From: Bdellovibrionota bacterium FG-2
GTDB taxonomy: Bacteria; Bdellovibrionota; UBA1018
Length of the DNA stretch: 31,466 bases
Reading direction: 5' to 3'
Assembly: GCA_051382305.1 (NCBI GenBank)
Contig: JBBCAV010000413.1
Coordinates: 1 to 31,466, forward strand
This document shows, in pieces, positions 17,746 through 26,579 of the stretch. The translations under genes and the position numbers were made by a program. The notes under the pieces are model-generated. The model ran no database searches, was not told where the DNA came from, and saw nothing but the letters and a program-made list of their open reading frames with translations. Numbering within the stretch: the first letter of the stretch is position 1; each line of letters opens with the position of its first letter.

Positions 17746-20596
17746 CTACCGAAGGGTGGGAGCCGAAATTCCATTATCGATCTCCCATAAAGGATTCAAA
17801 GAATCAAAATCCCATCCAAAATAGGTAATTTTAAGTATGAGCGCGCCCGGAGTCTCAAGATTGCAACCGCTCTGAATCACACCCGAAGAGGCAGTTGAAA
17901 AAAGACGGGTGGCAAAACTAAGCGCATGCGAGTCCGTGACCGTTGAATTTGTCGCAGTACCGATAAGATCTCCAGTGGCACTGCCACCAGCATCCGTTGT
18001 AGGCCCAGAGGCGTAGCATCGCGTGACCGTGACGCCACCGTCGGACTTGCCAATCAAGCCCCCCGCTTGGTTTGCGGTGCCACCTACAAGAGACGAGTCC
18101 ACCGCCACACTCCCGTGCGCGTAGCAATCACTCACAGAGACCGCTCCCCCGCCTGATGAATTTGCCCAACCAATTAATCCTCCAGCATCGGCCCGACCGC
18201 CGGTTACGCTTCCTGTCGCATAGACACCCGATATTGAGATGTTCGCCCAGGATCCCCCCGCTCTTCCAAGTAAACCCCCAAGAGTTACACTACCCGACGC
18301 ACTAATAGCTCCCGTTGCGTGAGCATCTGTAAGGCTTCCAGCAAGATAAGCTCCCATCAGACCACCCACCGGATCCTCAACGCCCACAGCAGTTACACGC
18401 CCGGACGCCGACGCATGAGCGAGATCTCCGGTACCACTTCCAATCAAACCGCCGCCGCCAGTCACGGATGCCGACGATGACAAATGGGCTCCCAAGTCAC
18501 TGTCCATCCCGCCGTTAAATGCTGTTCCTACCGCCATCCCAATAAGGCCCCCGCCTCCACCATTGTTTGAATAGACTTGCCCCCAAGAAGAGGCAGCATT
18601 AATGGTTCCATAATACCTTCCTGCGAGCAGACCGCATTGCCCCCCGTTTACGGTACCCCCAACATGGACGTTAAAGATCGGACTGTAAGTTGAGCCTGGA
18701 AAATTTGGGTCAGGAATATTTCCAACCAGACCTCCTGCGATCTGACCATAAACACCAATTCGCTTGAGGATAAGATCTCTAAATGTCGCACTTGAAGCCA
18801 CTCCAAAAAGTCCCGATTCGTTCACGGCGCTCGTAACGATCAAATTTGAAATCGTTTTTCCATTTCCGTCAAAGGTTCCCCTAAAGGGATGAGCTACTGT
18901 TCCGATTGGAGTCCAATTTACACAAGCGAGATCAAGATCCGCATCGAGTTTGTAAACCTTGCCCGTCGTAAGATTGGCCGTCGCATCGTCTGCGATCCGA
19001 GCGAGCTGTTCCTTTGTACTAATCAGGTACGGATCACTTGAAGTCCCAGCCGCTGCGGGATAAGCCGCGCTCACAATGGGATCGAGTGAAGCGCAATAAG
19101 TCAGGGTGATCGAATCTGTTGCGGACACTGCGGCGTTTGTTGCAGTAAAATCAACTGTTGTACTCCCATGAGTGAGTGTCGCCTGGTAAGACCACGTGCC
19201 CCCCACGCAATTGGCTGTTGCATCATTTCCGCCGAGAAACTTGTTACTGCCATCTTGCGGACGAGTGGTTGTAATATTAATCAGGTTATCCGTGTTACAA
19301 ACGCCCAAAATGGTGACTGTAGGTCCCCCGTAACCTGCGGTCGTAGAATAGTCCTTGGTAATGAGAGAAAATCCAAGTGTATTGGTGACCGTAAGGCGGA
19401 ACTCATTTGAGCCCAAGAAATTTCCCAGTTCGTCTTTTGCAATGACATAGAAGACCTGCGAAATGGGCACAGTTGACCCCCCCGAAATTAGCGCCGTGTA
19501 GCCTGTGGGAGTGATCCCGATACCATCCGGAAGAGGTGGGCTCACCGAAAACGAAGGGAAGGGGCCTGACATGCCATCTTTGAAGTTGGAGAGCGAGACC
19601 GAAATAAATGGTGCAATCGCCACCCCGACGTTAGCGCTAGTGGCCTTTGCGCTCAAATTTACAATTGGGGCGGGGATGGTGATCGTAAAAGAATTCGAAA
19701 CAGCGGTCCCTCCAGAGCCTGATCCCGATAATGCAAAACTATTTCCAGCATAACTGCTGCTTGTTAGGGACGCACGAGGTGTTCCGGTGATAGCGCAAGT
19801 CACAGGATCAAGGCTCAATCCGCTTGGCAAACTTGTTAGATTTGGCCAATTGCTGCTCAAGCTACAACTTGTTACTCCTGAAGTGGTGGGAACGTAACTA
19901 AAGGGAACCCCCCAGGTTCCAGTTTGGTCGGCGACCGTAATTTGGGGGCCTGCTCCGCCGCCCTCCGCCGCCACCTACGTCTATTGTGCTCGAGGCCAGA
20001 ACATTGCCCGAAGAATCGCTTGCGGTGATGATTAAAGTTGAGCTTACTGCGTCCCCGGTGATTGAAGCGGTCAAATCGCTGGTCTTAGACACCGTGAGGC
20101 CTGAGCTCGGAGTCACCGAAAAATTTGCCACTCCACCGAAGTTTGAAACGGATGCAATAATGCTCATGCCGCTAATAGATGCCGTGACCACAGGAGCCGG
20201 GATGTTAATCGTAAATGCATCCGAAACGAGGGTTCCGCCTGAATGAGTTAGCGTGAGAGTAAATGAGTTGGTGAGTGAAGCTGCTGGAGTTCCTGTGATT
20301 GCACAGGTGGTCTCAGATAGCGCGAGCGCTGTCGGAAGAGCGGGACTGATTTCACACTTCGTTATCGCTCCCGTAACAACCGGGGAAAAGGAAAATACGC
20401 TACCCCAGGTTCCGGATTGATTCGCAACTGTCACCGTAGGAGCCGCAAGTGCAGCGCTCGTTTCTGCCTTCGCGGACGTTGCGGCAGCAGCAGCCGCTGC
20501 ACCATTGTTGAGCAAGCTCGGTGTGCAGCCTGAGACGCACATGAATGAAAACACTAAGATCAAGGCCGACGCAATGGTTGGTAATGTTCTATTCAT
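17746..20596 (-). pseudogene. Large surface lipoprotein/adhesin (putative Ig He_PIG-like repeats and GLUG-like repeats), split by a single frameshift near 19960
   Basis: Lipobox VSGC, duplicated TVA.Q.GTWG...TCAITGTP modules, DPYLISTKEQL, FRGTFDGNGKTISNL and GGLIG repeats. Removing one G in the Gly linker fuses 19898..20596 with 17746..19974. Confidence 0.8.
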
Positions 20597-20645
20597 AAAA
20601 AACCCCTAGATCTAAAATTGATTACTAATATAATTATAGACCAAA

Positions 20646-20684
20646 CATAACACTATGCAATATATTTTATTGCATAGTGTTATG
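20646..20684. promoter_or_regulatory. 17-bp perfect inverted repeat upstream of the adhesin gene
   Basis: CATAACACTATGCAATA-tattt-TATTGCATAGTGTTATG in an AT-rich divergent intergenic region. Confidence 0.7.
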
Positions 20685-20874
20685 ATGTTGATATTATGGT
20701 TGATTTTTACTGGCTGGCGCTTATATCATTCTTACTGAAAGTCCTGGGTCTCGCATATCCCTTTTCCTGTCAGGTTAGCTCGGGACAGTAATGATATTTA
20801 ATTTAGATATATTGGATATCACCCATTTTCTATGCACTTGTGTCTCGTACGGTAATGCTCTAAACTGGTGGGAG

Positions 20875-21096
20875 ATGAAAACTTCGGTGGAGTTGGATGA
20901 TCAGAAAGTAAGTCTTGCTAAAAAACTCGGCGGGGAGCCTGTTCTTCGGAAATTATTGGATCACGCTTTGGACGCTTACATCGCGGATCGGCGTCGAAAC
21001 GATATGGTCAGTATTCTTGGGACCGGTTTTTTTGAGGGGCGGCTCAAGCGTGGCCGGAATCTTGAGGCTGGGACCCGTGGCCGTTCTCGTCGATAG
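20875..21096 (+). CDS. vapB: VapB-type antitoxin
   Basis: MKTSVELDDQKVSLAKKL...LLDHALDAYI RHH-like pattern, overlapping the PIN gene. Confidence 0.8.
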   Translation: MKTSVELDDQKVSLAKKLGGEPVLRKLLDHALDAYIADRRRNDMVSILGTGFFEGRLKRGRNLEAGTRGRSRR

Positions 21097-21493
21097 TTCG
21101 GTTTGGATTGCAGGCTCCTTACCCCGGAATCCGGAATGTTTGCAGTTGAAGCGTTTGATTAGCCAGCGTGAAAACTTGTACATCACACGTCTCATCCAAG
21201 TTGAGGTGACCCAGGGCGCCCGTACGGAGGTTGAATTTCATCGCTTGTGGGAGTCGTTCTTGGGTTTTCCAACTCTTGACGTTACGGATCTTATTTTTGG
21301 AAAATCGGCCTATAACTTTTTCCGCGCGAGAAAAAAGGGGATCACCTTATCGACTCTTGATTGTGTGATCGCCACACTTGCCGTTGAATCTCATATGCCG
21401 CTTTGGTCTTTGGATCACATGTTCACTCGACTCGCCCCCTTGATAGGCTTAGAGCTTTATCGCGCGCCTAAGTCTCGCAAGTGTTCCATATAA
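21077..21493 (+). CDS. vapC: VapC PIN-domain toxin
   Basis: VLVDSSVWI, EVTQG, TLDCVIA and LWSLDHMF motifs. GTG start at 21077. Confidence 0.88.
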   Translation: MAVLVDSSVWIAGSLPRNPECLQLKRLISQRENLYITRLIQVEVTQGARTEVEFHRLWESFLGFPTLDVTDLIFGKSAYNFFRARKKGITLSTLDCVIATLAVESHMPLWSLDHMFTRLAPLIGLELYRAPKSRKCSI

Positions 21494-21655
21494 CATAAAC
21501 AAGCGTAAATACACAGGTTGCATATAATACACGCGCTAAAACAGTAAGTTATGACACATATGTAAGGATCGGTAGGCGCAATTGACCCTCTGCACAAAAA
21601 TACTCTGGCAAATCTCCGCGATTTAGGGCATTCCTAGGCCTGAGGTATTTTCTCA

Positions 21656-21880
21656 ATGGCTATGTCACCCCTGTATTCCCCATCCGTCGGCTCGATCATT
21701 AAAAAGCTCATCGCGATTAATCCCGAGCTGAGTATGCAAGAACTCGCTGCCATCATCCGGCATTCAACTGCAATCCAAGGCGGAGCTGACAACGAATTCT
21801 CCACGATCCAGGTGATCGACGAAGCTAAAGCTTTGGGCTTGGCCCCGACCTGGAATTCAGAAAGCGCCCCTACGCTTTAA
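21656..21880 (+). CDS. Small hypothetical protein resembling the C-terminal helices of subtilisin-like proteases
   Basis: SD GAGG upstream. Sequence IAINPELSMQELAAIIRHS...IDEAKAL. No catalytic residues are present. Confidence 0.55.
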   Translation: MAMSPLYSPSVGSIIKKLIAINPELSMQELAAIIRHSTAIQGGADNEFSTIQVIDEAKALGLAPTWNSESAPTL

Positions 21881-21918
21881 TTGGTCACTTACAGTTATGC
21901 CGTAGAGTGAGTCCAATT

Positions 21919-22453
21919 ATGGTGCGAGCTGCATTATGCCGCATTCGGCATAACGAGCGATACATTCCACTTGAAAATGGCGTATTTGTCAGAACAAATC
22001 GTGAGGGTTCTGACGTTTACTACCATGGCCTGATTCTAGTCCCCTCCCAGCTTCAAAAGGTCAAACAAGCGTGCGAGTAAGCAACAATGGCTTGCACAAA
22101 ATCAAAAGATGTTTGGGCCAGAGGATATCAAAGATGTAAAGGCTGCGATTCGAACTCTCGTATTACAAAGCGAAGCTCTAGCCCAGGCCCGAAAAGTAAC
22201 GGAGTTTATTGCAAAGAATAAGGACCAGATCCCTCCCACAACACTGGAGCGAATGAAGCAGAAGGTGCAAGGCCTTTTCAAAGTCATCGAAGGCAAAGCT
22301 CAATCAGAGGAAAGTGCAAAACTAGGTGAGAAATTCGACGCCTGCAAAATGCTCAAATCACTGGCCCAGAACGCGGGAACCGACAAGCCAGGCACCTGCG
22401 AGCACGGCTCAACAGCTGGGGATGCGTCAGCCCAAGCCAACAGCGCGAAGTAA
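21919..22453 (+). pseudogene. Probable gene remnant, frameshifted near 22078
   Basis: The frame ending QLQKVKQACE* (stop 22078-80) continues in the +1 frame as KQQWLAQNQKMFGPEDIK (ORF 22109..22453). No convincing 5' end. Confidence 0.4.
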
Positions 22454-22460
22454 GAGCTTT

Positions 22461-23735
22461 TTAACTCTCCGCAATCCGAAAAGCACGTGCCATTCGATCC
22501 TGATCCCTTTTTGGAATTCCAACCGCGCTCGCCATCTTTCTCCAGGGCCTAACCGCTTTGATTACCTCTTGAATTATCTTTTCGGCCCGGGGTTTTTTGA
22601 GTCGAAAATATTCAGCGACCGACAGCGCAAGATCTAGATCCTGCGCATTTTCGGATTCCGAAATATTAAGATGAAGGCCTTCGCCTGTCGCAACAGGATT
22701 CATATCGTAGGCTGGAGCGAGCTCCCAACCATTTGAGTGAAGGATAAAACCATGGTTGCGCAAGTGATCATCCGTATTTGACACGCAAATATTGAAAGCG
22801 ATTCGCCTCCAAAGTTGTTCTAGGTCACGGGTAGGTTGAGCACTTTCCTTGGCCATAAAGGTTACGAATTCGAGATAGCTTGCCCCCGTATCACTCCCAT
22901 CACCGTCGCTATGATTAAGAAGTGTCATCGCTGAAGCAAAATGCAATCGCACTCCGTTTTTGTCTCGATCAAAGCGACGAGAAACAAAAGTGTGATGCCG
23001 ACTCCCGAAACGACGGGCTGAGGCTTCCGCCACAACTATGCCAGCAGTTTTTGCGAGCCGATGGACCACATCTTCCCAAAGTCCAACGTCGGCTTCATCT
23101 TGAGCGCTCGGAAACTTCGCAATCCATAGCCGCTCTTGATTATCTACGACACTTGCCTTTGGGCGTGCCCCGCCAAGTGAAGAGCCTGGGGCGATCAGCA
23201 TGTCGAGCCACGTCGAATATTGCGGCTGATCTTCTGCATTCTCTCTTTCCAGCTCAAGACTTGCATTTTCTAGCTCGCGCAAGGAGGTAAAAGGGGGAGC
23301 GGCGTGGGCTTTGTTATCATTCAGAAACGAGCTTTGAGAATCTGTGCGAAACCGCAAAGCTCCCAATCGATGTCCATCGTACACACCCAGGAGATAGTCA
23401 GATTCATAGAGCGGCTTGGGGAATCGCTTTTGTTCTCGAGCTTGTTGCGCTTCACGCCTCTGCATCAGTACTCGTCCCCAACGATCAGGGGAGGAATCCA
23501 GGAAAACCCCGAAGTTGTCGCGTGCCTCTTGGGCGTATTGTTGTCCTTTGTATAATCCGAGTTGAGGATCGAGAAGGCGCGCGCTGCTCCCTTTGAGCCA
23601 ATCGCGATCGTATTCGAAAGAGAAAATATCCTTTCCGCGTCCAGCGGCAATGTATAGAATTCCCATGACCGTGGGTTCGGTAAGCCCTGCCCAATGTGCG
23701 CAGACTTCGATGCGGCGCTGGTTACTCCTTTTCAC
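22461..23735 (-). CDS. hipA: HipA-family kinase toxin
   Basis: [43 protein letters not shown] and LAPAYDMNP motifs. Likely GTG start at 23735. Confidence 0.93.
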   Translation of the reverse strand: MKRSNQRRIEVCAHWAGLTEPTVMGILYIAAGRGKDIFSFEYDRDWLKGSSARLLDPQLGLYKGQQYAQEARDNFGVFLDSSPDRWGRVLMQRREAQQAREQKRFPKPLYESDYLLGVYDGHRLGALRFRTDSQSSFLNDNKAHAAPPFTSLRELENASLELERENAEDQPQYSTWLDMLIAPGSSLGGARPKASVVDNQERLWIAKFPSAQDEADVGLWEDVVHRLAKTAGIVVAEASARRFGSRHHTFVSRRFDRDKNGVRLHFASAMTLLNHSDGDGSDTGASYLEFVTFMAKESAQPTRDLEQLWRRIAFNICVSNTDDHLRNHGFILHSNGWELAPAYDMNPVATGEGLHLNISESENAQDLDLALSVAEYFRLKKPRAEKIIQEVIKAVRPWRKMASAVGIPKRDQDRMARAFRIAES

Positions 23736-24033
23736 GTACAGCCCTTGTACCCAGTTGTGCGTCTTGAAGTTTTCGACCAAAGACATCGTCGCGAGCAATA
23801 AGCGACAAATCATTTTCCAGGCTTAGAGTGAGCAAGACATTCGCGTAGGCGCCTAGGGTGACGCCCGGATCTCCTCGCTCAATTGCGCGGAGAGTGGGGC
23901 GCGCCATCCCGGCCCGCTCAGCAACTTGCGTAGCCGTAAGTTTCCTACGTCGTCTTGCCAGATAGATATTCTCACCCAAAGTAGCAAGTAGCTTACGCAA
24001 AGAAGGTAGTGGAGATACCGTTTTTCTTCCCAT
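23722..24033 (-). CDS. XRE-family HTH antitoxin (HipB-like)
   Basis: [40 protein letters not shown]. Overlaps the hipA start. Confidence 0.9.
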   Translation of the reverse strand: MGRKTVSPLPSLRKLLATLGENIYLARRRRKLTATQVAERAGMARPTLRAIERGDPGVTLGAYANVLLTLSLENDLSLIARDDVFGRKLQDAQLGTRAVREKE

Positions 24034-24035
24034 AC

Positions 24036-24085
24036 TGGATACTATTATATTCAAAAACGGGCTTTAATGGCAATAATAATATCCA
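24036..24085 (-). promoter_or_regulatory. hipBA promoter with inverted-repeat operator
   Basis: Minus strand TTGCCA-N18-TATAAT, with 13-bp arms TGGATACTATTAT / ATAATAATATCCA (1 mismatch) at the -10 and -35 boxes. Confidence 0.7.
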
Positions 24086-24293
24086 ACAATCCCACAGCCT
24101 GTATCGATACAGGTAAACCAAAAAATAGACCTCTTATCAAGCGGTTGCAACTCAGCGCCCGCAGCCCGATCGACTCACCTTGCTGGTTTTCTAAGTGTCT
24201 AATGACCAGACACCCAGTCATCCCACCGACAAAATGAGTTACCCCAGCGAGGCCAAATCACTAGAATTTACTGCAAAATATCAAAAAGCCGGT

Positions 24294-24309
24294 TGGCCCG
24301 CTGCTTGCT
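24294..24309 (+). promoter_or_regulatory. Putative sigma54 -24/-12 promoter
   Basis: TGGCCCG-CTGC-TTGCT, against the consensus TGGCACG-N4-TTGCW. It lies ~50 nt upstream of ATG 24362. Confidence 0.7.
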
Positions 24310-24361
24310 TTAAACAAGGGTAAGAAGTGTTTTACGAACAATTGAGAGAGCAGGAGCAATT

Positions 24362-25338
24362 ATGAGAAATTCATTAAAGTTGGTAGGCGTTTTTTTTGTT
24401 GAGTGGATGGATGGCGACGCCCGCTCTTGCCAATGAAAAAGAGGGCCTCAGCTCTGACTCTGCAAAGTTTTATCAATATGGCGATCAAGCTATCGATGGC
24501 CACACTAAAAAGCCCGCACATGATGAGGCCTTTAACGAAAAGCCGAGCTTTGAACTGTGACGAATTCGTAGAAGACTTTGGCAAATGGAAAAAGTGCATG
24601 ACCAAACTGTACCCAGAAATGAAGCAGAGTGCGCTGAATGAAGTTGGCGCGCGAGCTGAGCTCACATCTAGAGGAGCTTCTACAAATGTCGGCGGAAGCG
24701 CAACGATTTCCGATACTTTTATTAATAAGCATGATGATAAGCATGATGATAATGATGAGTTGGTCCTAGAAGGATCACTGGGTGGCGTACGCAATACAAC
24801 TACAGGGGCGTCCTCCTTGGTTGGTAGCGCTGGAATGAGTTTTAATAAATATCCCAACAAAGAACACAAATCGACCGACGGCAGTATGATGACAAACTTA
24901 ATGATTGTGGGTGTTGATGCAAATGCTGAAACAATACGCGGGCGATTATTAGAGGTTGGAATCACATCCAAGGATGGAACGTTTGGACCGCTAGCTGCGA
25001 GGCTTAAAGTTGAGCTTCTCCTATTGGGGGCTTACGCTCGTCGGACTAATCAAAAGAAGACCGGCTTATATGGAATGGGCATGCGATTCACCGGGCTTGC
25101 GGATATTGGTGAAGTCGCCTCTCTTTTTATCTCCGGAGAAGGTTCCGCAACGGGGGCGGAGGATCTGCAGTGGCTCGCTATCGGAAAAGCTGGGGTGAAA
25201 TTTCATCTAGGAGAAAACGTCGCGCTCGGCGCTGAAGTTGAGTACGATGGGAGCGCATACAGAAAGCCAACTCCTTCTTCGGATTTTGATATGGTTAATT
25301 CGCTCACATCATCAATCACGGCATCAGGGGCCTGGTAA
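24362..25338 (+). pseudogene. Secreted CglF/GltF-like motif + C-x9-W-x2-C + beta-barrel-like protein, with two frameshifts
   Basis: SD AGGAG. Shortening T8 (24390-97) to T7 restores the signal peptide MRNSLKLVGVFLLSGWMATPALA. Then SDSAKFYQYGDQAIDGHTKKP follows, a second shift before CDEFVEDFGKWKKCM, amphipathic strands and a terminal W. Confidence 0.7.
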
Positions 25339-25483
25339 GAGCCTCTTAGCCGTCTCAACTCTTTACAGGCCCTATAGGGTTGATCACTTCAAAAGGGCTA
25401 AATTTAGATGCAAAAACTAACACTAACCGAAAATCATCAACCAAAACGACGCCTTTGGCAGCCTCCGACTCAGAAGTCGCCTC

Positions 25484-25499
25484 TGGCACGATCCCTGCT
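25484..25499 (+). promoter_or_regulatory. Putative sigma54 -24/-12 promoter
   Basis: TGGCACG-ATCC-CTGCT, ~36 nt upstream of ATG 25536. Confidence 0.7.
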
Positions 25500-25535
25500 T
25501 TATCTGTGAGTGAGAGATTCTCAAAGGAGTTCATT

Positions 25536-26369
25536 ATGAAGAAGTTTAAGTTGTTCCTCGCCACCCTCACCCTATCGACAGTCTTCGCACCCGCAGCGCT
25601 TGCTGAGGATCGAACCCCGTTTGAAAGTAGAGCCATTCATCGCGGCTCTTACGGCGACATTGAACTTGGACTGCGTCTCTCAGATGGCACAGGGATTAAA
25701 GAGGGAAAAGGGGCACAAATCGGATTTTCAGGCGAGACCAGCGTTGCTCCTTTTGTACGGCAAAAAGTAGAACTTTCACTCGGAGGAGAAACCAACGACC
25801 ACTTAGTAGGTGGGGCTCGATTTCAAACTTTTGCAAACAAGGATGTCGGATTTATTTTTGATACGAATCTTAAGCGCGGCCCTCGCAACATGACTGGGAA
25901 TATGGGTATCGGGGTTCGCGTTCGAAACGAGGGTGAAACTATTCATGGAAACACCTCTCTCATTGTGGACGCTGTTAACTACAACGAAGACCTTCAAACG
26001 CAACTCAAGGGTTTCAGTCTCGGCGGCGTACGCCTCCTTAGTGAGCAAAATATTTCTGACGTTTTATCGATTCAAGCCGCAGCGGGCGCAACCGCCGTTT
26101 ATGGCATGAAGCGAAACCAGGAGCTCGATCCCGCCACCATGACCATGAAGGGTGTCCAATCGAAACAAGGCGAGATGTCCTGGCTTTACTCGGCCTCTCT
26201 TGCAGCTAAGGCGCGCTTGGGTGAAAATGCCTACGTCAAAGCCGAAGGAAGCATCGAAAAACTTGCTTATGCCTTTACCGAAAAGGACAAAGACCTCGTC
26301 GACCTTCCTACACAAGAAGCCGAGTCTAGCGTGAAGACCGTGATGGTATCCGTGGGATACGCGTTTTAA
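25536..26369 (+). CDS. Putative outer-membrane beta-barrel protein
   Basis: SD AAGGAG, signal peptide ending AALA, alternating beta-strands and C-terminal VMVSVGYAF beta-signal. Confidence 0.75.
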   Translation: MKKFKLFLATLTLSTVFAPAALAEDRTPFESRAIHRGSYGDIELGLRLSDGTGIKEGKGAQIGFSGETSVAPFVRQKVELSLGGETNDHLVGGARFQTFANKDVGFIFDTNLKRGPRNMTGNMGIGVRVRNEGETIHGNTSLIVDAVNYNEDLQTQLKGFSLGGVRLLSEQNISDVLSIQAAAGATAVYGMKRNQELDPATMTMKGVQSKQGEMSWLYSASLAAKARLGENAYVKAEGSIEKLAYAFTEKDKDLVDLPTQEAESSVKTVMVSVGYAF

Positions 26370-26579
26370 ATTCCACTGAAATCCGATCATCCGCTTTAGC
26401 CCGAGACCAAAACGCAATCGCAAGCTTTTGGGGCTCACCCCAAGCTCTAAGTGCCGGCCTAATGCGTTCGAGCGCATGAGCCCATTATATTACGAACCAT
26501 GAAACAATACTACAAATAAAACTATTGAAGAATTACAACAACTTAACCAAAAAAAAGAAACAATATCTGAAACGATACA

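Noticed and set aside
16550-26500. Integron cassette array (TA modules plus orphans; GTTAGGA at 17114, GTTAGCT near 20774)
   Set aside because: No paired RYYYAAC...GTTRRRY attC structures were found, the genes are in mixed orientation with their own promoters, and there is no intI.
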